Assembly (NCBI GenBank): GCA_965227495.1
Contig: OZ245766.1
Coordinates: forward strand, 5,580,536 to 5,644,535
Reading direction: 5' to 3'
DNA length: 64,000 bases
DNA from: Chryseolinea sp.
Lineage (GTDB): Bacteria; Bacteroidota; Bacteroidia; Cytophagales; Cyclobacteriaceae
This document shows, in pieces, positions 7,894 to 16,376 of the stretch (its first letter is position 1; the number at the start of each line of letters is the position of its first letter). The notes below the pieces were generated by a model that saw only the letters and a list, made by a program, of their open reading frames with translations, made no database searches and was not told where the DNA came from. The position numbers and the translations under genes are program-made.

Positions 7894-10585
7894 ATTTCAA
7901 TGTGTCCGCAGGATTGGTCTTGGCTGTTCTCAATACTTGAAAACTCATTGTAAAAGCTGCAATGAGTAAAATCAAAATCACGGGTAATGCAAAAATCAAA
8001 ACACCCGGAGTAATTTTATAGGCATATCCCTCAAGCCAGTTCTCTGCAGCGATATAGGCAATAGGCAAAGCAAGAAGCGTTGCGAGTAATACCAATTTTA
8101 TAAAGCCACTGGAGAGCAGTGTTACAATACTGAAAAGCGATGCCCCTAATACTTTTCGAATACCAATTTCTTTTGTTCGCTGCATAGCCGTGTACGATGA
8201 TAATCCCACAAGACCGAGACATGAAATGATAATGGCGAGTACAGTAAATACACTGATTACTTTTCCAAAACGATTGTCATCGTTGTATTGACGTTTAAAC
8301 CTGTCTTCCAGAAAGCTGTACTCAAATGCATTGTCAGGGAAAAATTTTAGATAGGTTGCCTGCACATCGGCAATAACTTTTTGCGTTTTTTCTTTATCCA
8401 AATTTTCCAGTTTAATTGAAGTAGATGAGTATGTACTATAGGCAGGACCAAAAATCATGGGCTCCATAGGCCGCTTCAATGACTGTTGGTGAAAATCATT
8501 TACCACTCCCACAATCGTAATTTTCCTCGTGTCATCTCCCCAAATAATTTGTCTCCCTATCGCATTTTGTGGGCTGTCTATTCCAAGAAGTTTAATGGCA
8601 TTGAGATTCAAGATCACAACTTCAATTTTATCGAAGTCTTCACGGTGATCGGTCGGCAGAAATTTTCTGCCAGCGAGTACTGTTATGCCATAGGTATCAA
8701 AGAAATTATGATCAGCTCCCAGGTTACTCATAGTAAAATGTGCGTCAGAAGGTTGATCACTTAATCGGATGCCAAAGCTCCTTCCCAATCGGTCGCCCGG
8801 AAGTCTCCAGGAAGTTGCCGCACTTACAACTCCTTTGATTTGTGTTAGCTCATGTTTATAAGATTCTACACGCTGAATAAAGGTCGAGTCCCATGAGGTG
8901 CGTTCAGGTGCCTGCACAATCAAGGTGTTGTGAATATTCATTCCCAGGTCAGCATCGTTCATGAACTTTAATTGCTTTGATACGATAAGTGTTCCGGTAA
9001 TTAACGCGGCCGATGAAGTGAATTGAAATACCACCAACGATTTTCTTAAAAACTGCCCGCGAGAAGATCGTTGAAATTTACCTTTTAGTACGGTAACAGG
9101 TTGATACGATGATAGAACAAATGCTGGATAAAAACCAGATAATAAAACGCCCGTAACCATTATAGAAACTAAAATCAAAGTAGTGGACGTATTCATTTCC
9201 GACAGCACTTTCCACCACGAAAGATTGCCATTAATCATTTCGTTGAATGATGATTGAGAAATTAATACGATGACGAGCGCAGTCACAAAAGCAAAAAAAC
9301 TAATCAAGATAGACTCAAATAAAAACTGTTTGATGAGTTGTGATCTCAAGGCACCCATCACTTTTCGCAAGCCCACTTCTTTCGCACGATCAAGCGCGCG
9401 CGATGTTGTGAGGTTGATGTAGTTGATCCATGCAATGAGCAGAACAAACGCAGCAACAATTACCATCGCCCAAACGGCCTTGCCACTGGCAATCTTTGCA
9501 ATATCATATTCATAGTCTGAATATAAATGGGCTCTCTTCATGGGCTGGAGATAAAACTTCTCTACACTTCCAGAAACCTTATCACCTTGAAAATACCGTT
9601 GACTGAAATCAGGAAACTTAGCTTCAAGTGATTTGTGGTCAATGCCTGGTTTCAGTACAAGGTAATGACGCATGTCTGACCACGTCCAGCTATCATCAGC
9701 TCCATGATTTTCCGGACTGATTAGTGTTGCATATGAAACCAACGCATCAAATTGTATATGGGAATTCTCAGGGACATTCGTACATACTCCTGTTATTTTA
9801 TAAGGCTGAGTATCTAAACCCCAATACACCACTTTCCCGATTACACTTGAATAATTTTTATCTGGAACTCCAAAATACTTAATCGCCGTATTTTCAGTTA
9901 ACACCATGGTGTAGCGATCTTTCAAAGCCGTACGTGCCTCACCGGCTAGCATCGGAAAACTGAAAACAGAAAGGAAGTGTTCATCTACAAAATGTGAATT
10001 CTCGCCTTTGAAAATCTTATCATCGATCTTAACATTCAGATCACCCGCGGGCATTAACCGCGTATACATTTCAATCTCCGGATAATCTTTGGCCATTGTC
10101 GGACCGATAGTCGGATACATGATGGTGCCGTGCTGAATTAACTTTCCGTTTTGGAATCGGTCATTCGTAACACGATAGGTACGATCTAATTTTTCATTGA
10201 ATAAATCATAACTCAATTCAAAACTCACAAATTGAAAGATGAGCAGGCATGATGCCAATCCAATACCCAGTCCAAAAATATTGATGGCTGAAAACACTTT
10301 GTTTTTCAGAACATTTCGAAAGGCGATGGTAAAGTAATTTCGAAGCATAATGGTATTAATTAATGAATATGAAAATGTGTTTCGTAAAATAATTCCAGGT
10401 CTAAAAAAGCGAATGGTATTCCAGATCAATTTTCGTTTCGCTCTTCGCTCTCCAACCGTTCTTACATCTCGATTGAATTTTTGAATGAGATCACCTTCAA
10501 TTTCTTCATAGAGATGATCCGGGCAAAACCATGAGAGGAATTGCAATGCAGCTTTCGTTGGTATAGTATCCCTTTCTTCTTTCAT
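7886..10585 (-). CDS. Duplicated FtsX/MacB-type ABC permease with N-terminal permease-prefix module (paralog 3 of 4)
   Basis: 899 aa. N-terminus FLSWFCPDHLYEEIEGDLIQKFNRDVRTVGERRAKRKLIWNTIRFFRPGIILRN. FtsX signatures EVGLRKVMGALRSQ and EIGIRKVLGASLFS. 8-nt overlap with the downstream paralog. Confidence 0.85.
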   Translation of the reverse strand: MKEERDTIPTKAALQFLSWFCPDHLYEEIEGDLIQKFNRDVRTVGERRAKRKLIWNTIRFFRPGIILRNTFSYSLINTIMLRNYFTIAFRNVLKNKVFSAINIFGLGIGLASCLLIFQFVSFELSYDLFNEKLDRTYRVTNDRFQNGKLIQHGTIMYPTIGPTMAKDYPEIEMYTRLMPAGDLNVKIDDKIFKGENSHFVDEHFLSVFSFPMLAGEARTALKDRYTMVLTENTAIKYFGVPDKNYSSVIGKVVYWGLDTQPYKITGVCTNVPENSHIQFDALVSYATLISPENHGADDSWTWSDMRHYLVLKPGIDHKSLEAKFPDFSQRYFQGDKVSGSVEKFYLQPMKRAHLYSDYEYDIAKIASGKAVWAMVIVAAFVLLIAWINYINLTTSRALDRAKEVGLRKVMGALRSQLIKQFLFESILISFFAFVTALVIVLISQSSFNEMINGNLSWWKVLSEMNTSTTLILVSIMVTGVLLSGFYPAFVLSSYQPVTVLKGKFQRSSRGQFLRKSLVVFQFTSSAALITGTLIVSKQLKFMNDADLGMNIHNTLIVQAPERTSWDSTFIQRVESYKHELTQIKGVVSAATSWRLPGDRLGRSFGIRLSDQPSDAHFTMSNLGADHNFFDTYGITVLAGRKFLPTDHREDFDKIEVVILNLNAIKLLGIDSPQNAIGRQIIWGDDTRKITIVGVVNDFHQQSLKRPMEPMIFGPAYSTYSSTSIKLENLDKEKTQKVIADVQATYLKFFPDNAFEYSFLEDRFKRQYNDDNRFGKVISVFTVLAIIISCLGLVGLSSYTAMQRTKEIGIRKVLGASLFSIVTLLSSGFIKLVLLATLLALPIAYIAAENWLEGYAYKITPGVLIFALPVILILLIAAFTMSFQVLRTAKTNPADTLKYE

Positions 10586-10613
10586 TCTTTCTCTTGAAAA
10601 AATTCAGAGTGGT

Positions 10614-13226
10614 TTATTCTGTTCTTAAACTCTTTATTGGATTGACACGTGCAGCCTTATAAATCTGAAGCGCAATGGTTAGCAATGCGAGCAAAAGAAT
10701 AGACGCTGCTGCTAACACGATTACCCAGACCGAAAATGAAATCCGGTATTCAAAAGATTGAAGCCACCAGCTCATAGCCCACCACGCGCCTGGGCTAAAC
10801 AACAATATACCCCACGCAATAGGCTTCAGTGAGTGAGCACTCAATAGTCGAATAATGTTGAATACCGATCCACCCATTACTTTGCGAATACCAATTTCTT
10901 TCACGCGTGCCTCAACCATATAGGTAGACAGCCCAAATAATCCAAGGCAACCGATGAAGATGGCAATGCCACTGAATAAGGAAGTGATGGTGAGTGTTGT
11001 TTCAACGTTGGCAAACTTTCGCGCATACTCCACATCCACAAAATGATATTCAAATGGATACTCCGGATTGTATTTTGAAAAGGCTTTGGCAATCGTTGCT
11101 AAATTCTTTTTTGTTGTTTGATCGGGATTGAGTCGGATATGAATCACCCCAAACATACCATTGTCCTCACCCTTGCTTCCCATTAGTACAATCGGCTCTA
11201 CTTTTTTATAAGGCGAAGTGAAAACAAAATCCTGAACAACGCCTACAACATGCCATGGAATACCATTGTCTTCAATTATTTCACTAAGTGGCTCATTAAA
11301 ACCCATCATTTTCACAGCCGATTCATTCAACAACACCGCTGTAGAATCTGATGGATATTTTTCAAGATCCATATCTCTGCCTTTCAGGATTTTAATGCCT
11401 GCTGTTGTGGAAATATTTTCGTCTACATAGAATCGTTCTACTACTGCTTTGTTCTCTGGATCTTTTCCGTTCCATTTCATTCCAGAAGTATTGCTTAGTC
11501 TTTCCGTGATGGGGGAACTTGTCTTTGTTACAGAAACTGCCACCCCAGACTCAATCAATTCATTTTTATAAGCTTGAAAATTTTTAATGAGGTCGCCCGT
11601 CATAAACTGATATACGAGATTATTTTTAGCGTAACCAGATTCTCTATTTTGCAAATAGGTAGTTTGCTGATAAATCACAATTGTTGAGGTGATCAGCGTA
11701 AGCGCAAATCCAAATTGAAATATCACCAGCAAGGACCGAAATACATTTCTGCTGTTCGAAATAATCGGTGATCCTTTTAAGATGCGAACTGGTTGAAATG
11801 ATGACAAATAAAATGCAGGATAGCTTCCTGCCATTAATCCAATAAAGGCGATAGCAGCAACAGCGAATGCCCAAAAAGCATAGTCAGTTAAATTCAACAC
11901 AAGCTGCTGTTGCACCAACGTATTAAAAAATGGCAGCGCGAGATAAACGGCTAGCAACGATATAACACCTGCACCGAAGGCAACCAATACGGACTCACAT
12001 AAAAATTGAACAACAAGTGAATATCGAAATGCTCCAGTCACTTTTCGCACAGCAACTTCTTTCGATCTTCTGGCTGCACGCGCTGTGCTTAAATTAATAA
12101 AGTTGATGCACGCGATGACAACGAGACAAATACCTAAAATACCGAGCATCCGCATGATCTCGATTCGACCACCAACCGCTACTCCATTTTCAAACCGTGA
12201 ATAGAGATGCATTTTAGTAATCGGATATAGAAATATTTCTGTCTCATCACCTCCCTTTGTATTCTTTTTCTTAATGTTTTTAATCTCTTGATTTAATGTT
12301 TCGAAAGATGCGCCCTCTTTTATTTTCACATACGAGCTCACTGAATTGTTGTTCCACTCCGTATCCTTTCCATAGTTGCTTTCAATGAATTGCCAGGGAA
12401 TAAGAAATTCAAAATGGAAATCGGTGTTGGAAGGAAGGTCTTGCAAAATTCCAGTTACAATAAATGGAATGTTGTATTCTGCCTGTGAAATGGTTAGACT
12501 TTCACCAAACGGTTCTTTATCTCCAAATAGTTTTCGCGCAAAACTTTCCGTCAACACAATGGAGTTAGCATTACCTAATGCTTTCTTTGCATCACCCTTT
12601 ATGAGGGGGAATGAAAACATGGTGAGAAATTCAGGGTCAGCAAATGAGGCATTGTTTTTCATGATGCGTACATCACCAACGGAAAACAAATACGAGTCAT
12701 TATAGTAGGATAAACTCACTGCCGATTCTACAGAAGAAAAATCAGAAGCAAGAGTCGGTGCCAATATACGAGGTGTCATATCCCAGCACTGCCATTCACC
12801 TTGTGATTTTGTACGATTCCAGGCTTTATAAATTCGTTCCTTATCTGTATGGAATTGATCGTAACTAAATTCTCGTGATATCCACAAACCAAGAAGGATA
12901 GCACCGGTCATCCCCAAAGCAAGACCGAAAATATTGATCATGGAATAGCCTTTATTCCGCTGCATGATCCGCAAAGCAATTTTGAAATAATTTATCAGCA
13001 TATATAAAGGCATTAGGGTTAATACATTTTTATTTCGCAAAAAAATTCCTGGCCTGAAAAATCGAACAGCATTCCAGAGCAGTCTGCGTTTTGATTTTTG
13101 CTCACCGAATTTTTTCAAGTCGCGTTCATATTTTTGCAGCAAATCCCCTTCAATTTCTTCCGCAAGGTGAGCCGGGCAAAAGGCTCGCAACAAACGAATG
13201 GCAAAAAAATTGTTTGAATTTTTCAA
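10614..13226 (-). CDS. Duplicated FtsX/MacB-type ABC permease with N-terminal permease-prefix module (paralog 4 of 4, most diverged)
   Basis: 870 aa. N-terminus LLRAFCPAHLAEEIEGDLLQKYERDLKKFGEQKSKRRLLWNAVRFFRPGIFLRN. FtsX signatures EVAVRKVTGAFRYS and EIGIRKVMGGSVFN. Confidence 0.85.
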   Translation of the reverse strand: MKNSNNFFAIRLLRAFCPAHLAEEIEGDLLQKYERDLKKFGEQKSKRRLLWNAVRFFRPGIFLRNKNVLTLMPLYMLINYFKIALRIMQRNKGYSMINIFGLALGMTGAILLGLWISREFSYDQFHTDKERIYKAWNRTKSQGEWQCWDMTPRILAPTLASDFSSVESAVSLSYYNDSYLFSVGDVRIMKNNASFADPEFLTMFSFPLIKGDAKKALGNANSIVLTESFARKLFGDKEPFGESLTISQAEYNIPFIVTGILQDLPSNTDFHFEFLIPWQFIESNYGKDTEWNNNSVSSYVKIKEGASFETLNQEIKNIKKKNTKGGDETEIFLYPITKMHLYSRFENGVAVGGRIEIMRMLGILGICLVVIACINFINLSTARAARRSKEVAVRKVTGAFRYSLVVQFLCESVLVAFGAGVISLLAVYLALPFFNTLVQQQLVLNLTDYAFWAFAVAAIAFIGLMAGSYPAFYLSSFQPVRILKGSPIISNSRNVFRSLLVIFQFGFALTLITSTIVIYQQTTYLQNRESGYAKNNLVYQFMTGDLIKNFQAYKNELIESGVAVSVTKTSSPITERLSNTSGMKWNGKDPENKAVVERFYVDENISTTAGIKILKGRDMDLEKYPSDSTAVLLNESAVKMMGFNEPLSEIIEDNGIPWHVVGVVQDFVFTSPYKKVEPIVLMGSKGEDNGMFGVIHIRLNPDQTTKKNLATIAKAFSKYNPEYPFEYHFVDVEYARKFANVETTLTITSLFSGIAIFIGCLGLFGLSTYMVEARVKEIGIRKVMGGSVFNIIRLLSAHSLKPIAWGILLFSPGAWWAMSWWLQSFEYRISFSVWVIVLAAASILLLALLTIALQIYKAARVNPIKSLRTE

Positions 13227-13258
13227 AGTCTTATCAGTTCGTTGTGTTTAGCACTATT

Positions 13259-14170
13259 TCATTGTCCGGTATAACCACTGTGGGTCAAAAACTTGTTGAA
13301 GTCTTGTATGTTCAGAATATCATGAACAGCTTGAGTTTTATCTGTCATTTTATCGTAGTAAGCTTTTACAATTTTGTAACCCATCCAGTAGCCAAGATCC
13401 GCAGGTCTGGATTTATCTCTTGCATAATACAACCACGGTGTCCAGTCCGTACCGTGCATCTTTTGTGAAAATTCAGTCCACAACTCTGACGTGTGGTTGT
13501 TACCATAATCGTGTATGGCTGTATTGGGATGATTGCCTGCAGCTAATTCACAAATAAAGTCGGCAGAACCCTCCCGGATGCTTTGCGCGAGCAATGCATT
13601 GTTCGTAATATAATTTTGTTGGTAGTGTATCAGTTCATGTAGTACGATCAACTCAACTGTCTCAATGTCTACTCGAGGTTTGAATGTTTCGGTTTCTTTG
13701 CCAAACATTTCGGCTCCGATAATCAGGCCATCGCGAAATGTAGTACCTCCAGAATTTTTTGCGCCAATCACAAAATATACATCGGGGAAAACAGCAGTTG
13801 GATAAATCTTTTTCAAATTGAAAAAGTATTCGCGCATTCTTGTTTTACGATTGTTAATCGTAAGCGAACTCTCGCGAATTTGCTGGTAATACTCCAGGTT
13901 GTTTTTTATCGTTTTGCTTAGGTTATTCCCACTTTCAATTCTCATTTTAATGAAGCCTTTCAAGCCAGGGCTTCCTGCATCCAAATAATTCGTTTGAAGA
14001 ACCTCTGCATCGAACTTTGGTTTGGATTCATCAAAAACTTTCCAAAATAAAATAATGTCTTCAGTGTGAAAAACAACACTGTCGGGGTTTGCTGAAAGTG
14101 TGTTTTGTCCCTGCAATACCGAAAAAGAAATCAAACACACAAAAAGCACTGAAATGAACTTACTAATCAT
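13259..14170 (-). CDS. Secreted putative Zn-metalloprotease (HExxH; DUF2268-like)
   Basis: 303 aa. Signal-like N-terminus MISKFISVLFVCLISFSVLQGQ. Zincin motif VLHELIHYQ followed by REGSADF (candidate third ligand). The DUF2268 assignment is from memory. Confidence 0.65.
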   Translation of the reverse strand: MISKFISVLFVCLISFSVLQGQNTLSANPDSVVFHTEDIILFWKVFDESKPKFDAEVLQTNYLDAGSPGLKGFIKMRIESGNNLSKTIKNNLEYYQQIRESSLTINNRKTRMREYFFNLKKIYPTAVFPDVYFVIGAKNSGGTTFRDGLIIGAEMFGKETETFKPRVDIETVELIVLHELIHYQQNYITNNALLAQSIREGSADFICELAAGNHPNTAIHDYGNNHTSELWTEFSQKMHGTDWTPWLYYARDKSRPADLGYWMGYKIVKAYYDKMTDKTQAVHDILNIQDFNKFLTHSGYTGQ

Positions 14171-14215
14171 AATTAAAACACGTGGTTAATTTGCTGTAAT
14201 GGATGAAAGACGAGA

Positions 14216-14542
14216 CTATCCTATTTTCAATTGTGGCACCAGCTTCCATAAATCAATTCTTGCTTCTTTCATCGCACGCAACATCGACATGCCTGCACTG
14301 GTAATGGTAAAAATTCTTTTTCGCCTTCCGCCTCTTTCATTTGTTCCTCCTCCCATGCTCGACTTGATGAGTCCTTTATCTTCCAGGCGATAAAGTGTTA
14401 CGTGCACAGCGCTCAGGTTTACTTCACGTTTTAAGCGCGTTTCAATTTCTTCCGAGATGGCGGCACCGTACGCATCTTCTTGCAAAGCAGCCACCATAGT
14501 TAAAATCAACTCTTCGAATTCCCCTAAATATTCCTTTGCCAT
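14216..14542 (-). CDS. PadR-family transcriptional regulator
   Basis: 108 aa winged-helix protein. Motifs AYGAAISEEIE...LSAVHVTLYRLEDKGLIKS...GGRRKRIFTITSAG are typical of PadR. First gene of the co-directional string running 14542 to 2607. Confidence 0.85.
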   Translation of the reverse strand: MAKEYLGEFEELILTMVAALQEDAYGAAISEEIETRLKREVNLSAVHVTLYRLEDKGLIKSSMGGGTNERGGRRKRIFTITSAGMSMLRAMKEARIDLWKLVPQLKIG

Positions 14543-14567
14543 ATCCTTATACTTTATATATCCTTAT
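14541..14567 (-). promoter_or_regulatory. 10-bp direct repeat ATAAGGATAT x2 (minus-strand sense) at the PadR start codon; candidate operator or translation signal
   Basis: The plus strand reads atatccttat at 14541-14550 and again at 14558-14567, 17 bp start to start. The proximal copy overlaps the PadR ATG (14540-14542). Confidence 0.3.
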
Positions 14568-14634
14568 GTTTTGTTAAGCAAATAAACGAATTTTTAAATG
14601 TTTGTCAAGCTTTTTTCAATTTGATCCGAAAAAT

Positions 14635-16323
14635 CTAATGTGGTTGTCGGGTGAAGATAAAGTTTCTGAAGTCCTTAGCGTTTGCTTTCAGGCGAATGAC
14701 TTTACCGGATGCATCGCGTTCAAAAATAAAAAGAGCATCGTGTTGGAAAGCGAAGAATTGATCGCGATCAAATACAAGTAATGGAAATTTGATAATACCT
14801 TTTCGCGCTACAATTCCATTCTTCTTTTTCTTCACTTTCAACTTTGCTCCTGTGCTCTCGTTTACATACGATCCTAAAAAGTCTGTGAATACTGGTTTGA
14901 ATTCTTTCGTTCTTTTAAAATAGCCAACCTTCTCACCAAATATTTCTTTCAATGTTAATTGAGCGGAATCACTTTGAAACTGGAATTGAATGCGATTGCC
15001 ATTGCCTAAGGTTGCCTTAAAATGGTTTTGCTCTGTAGCCGATAATTTAATACCCTTCCCATAATAACCAGCACTGATGTATAAACTACTATCACTAAAA
15101 CTTACTTTACGAAGTTGCGCTAATCCATCTTTTGTTACTCTTGTATACAATCCTATTTTTGGTTTTAACTCTTCTACCAAAGGGAATATGATATCTGCAG
15201 TCTCATTTGATTCAATAGGTTTTGTAAGAAAATCCTCCAAAATAATATTGGCAATACTATAAGCCTTATCTTCAGTATCGTTATAGCGATAGGAGTTCGC
15301 TAGTACAATTATATCAAGTTGCTTTTCGGGAAACTTTAAAATGAAGGAGGTATGCCGACCATCATCCCCACCATGATTAATTTGTTTGAGTCCGCGATAA
15401 TCATTTGTCCAGAGTCCATAAGCGTAATGAGTGAGTTCGCCATTATTCAGTTTGCTGCTCGTATAGACCTTATCAATCAACTGCTGATTTTGTTTCCCTA
15501 ATTGATTATTATAAAAGTTTAACTCCCACTTAATAAGATCATCAATCGTACTGAGCAAATTATGATCACCCAAAATGCCACCGAAAGCTTTTCCTTTCTT
15601 AAATTTTTTATTCTTTTGATAATACCCTGAAGCTTCACCATCAATCTCCATCTTTTGTTTGTATCTAAAAACGGTATTGTTCATGCCGAGCGGTTTGAAA
15701 ATAGCACTGTCGGCAAAAACATAAAGTGGCTTCTTACTTACTCGTTCCACAATGTCACCCAGCAAAATGTAATTCACGTTGGTGTAGGCTAATTCATCAC
15801 CCGTTCTAAAGTTGAGATCTCTTTCCTTGGACAAGACCTGCAGCAAGAATTCTTTCGTGTTGTACTTTTTAGGAACCTCTCCTTTCAAATTCATTTTTCC
15901 GGAAAGCATGGCCAATACATATGCTTCGCGAATGCCACTGGTGTGATCCAATAAATTCTTGATCTTTATTCCCTCGGGATATTGAAATTCAGGATAGTAT
16001 TTTCTTAGATCGTCATCAACCGAGAGTGTACCTTGTTCATCCAGGAGGGCAATGCAAAATGCTGTAAACTGTTTGGCAACGGAAGCGAGATCATATTTTA
16101 GTTCTGGCGAGTTCTTAATATTCTTATCAATATCCGCCAGACCAAAAGCTTTTTTATAGATTACATTTCCATTTTGAAGTACCGCTATCACACCACCTGG
16201 ACTTTCCTTTACTTGCCAATTAGTGAATAGGGAGTCAATCCTTTGCTCTTGCTTTATTTGAGTCCATGAAACAAACGGAGAAAGTGTTAACCAAAACAGA
16301 AAGGGTAGGAAAGAAATCTTCAT
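14635..16323 (-). CDS. Beta-lactamase-related serine hydrolase (class C / PBP4*-like) with C-terminal extension
   Basis: 562 aa with a signal peptide. S-x-x-K motif in LASVAKQF and a Y-x-N motif in LAYTNVNY. Confidence 0.75.
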   Translation of the reverse strand: MKISFLPFLFWLTLSPFVSWTQIKQEQRIDSLFTNWQVKESPGGVIAVLQNGNVIYKKAFGLADIDKNIKNSPELKYDLASVAKQFTAFCIALLDEQGTLSVDDDLRKYYPEFQYPEGIKIKNLLDHTSGIREAYVLAMLSGKMNLKGEVPKKYNTKEFLLQVLSKERDLNFRTGDELAYTNVNYILLGDIVERVSKKPLYVFADSAIFKPLGMNNTVFRYKQKMEIDGEASGYYQKNKKFKKGKAFGGILGDHNLLSTIDDLIKWELNFYNNQLGKQNQQLIDKVYTSSKLNNGELTHYAYGLWTNDYRGLKQINHGGDDGRHTSFILKFPEKQLDIIVLANSYRYNDTEDKAYSIANIILEDFLTKPIESNETADIIFPLVEELKPKIGLYTRVTKDGLAQLRKVSFSDSSLYISAGYYGKGIKLSATEQNHFKATLGNGNRIQFQFQSDSAQLTLKEIFGEKVGYFKRTKEFKPVFTDFLGSYVNESTGAKLKVKKKKNGIVARKGIIKFPLLVFDRDQFFAFQHDALFIFERDASGKVIRLKANAKDFRNFIFTRQPH

Positions 16324-16376
16324 TGTTGAATTTTTCTTGCAAGAAACAATTGACCTGAATTAAAATCCTCTCAAAT

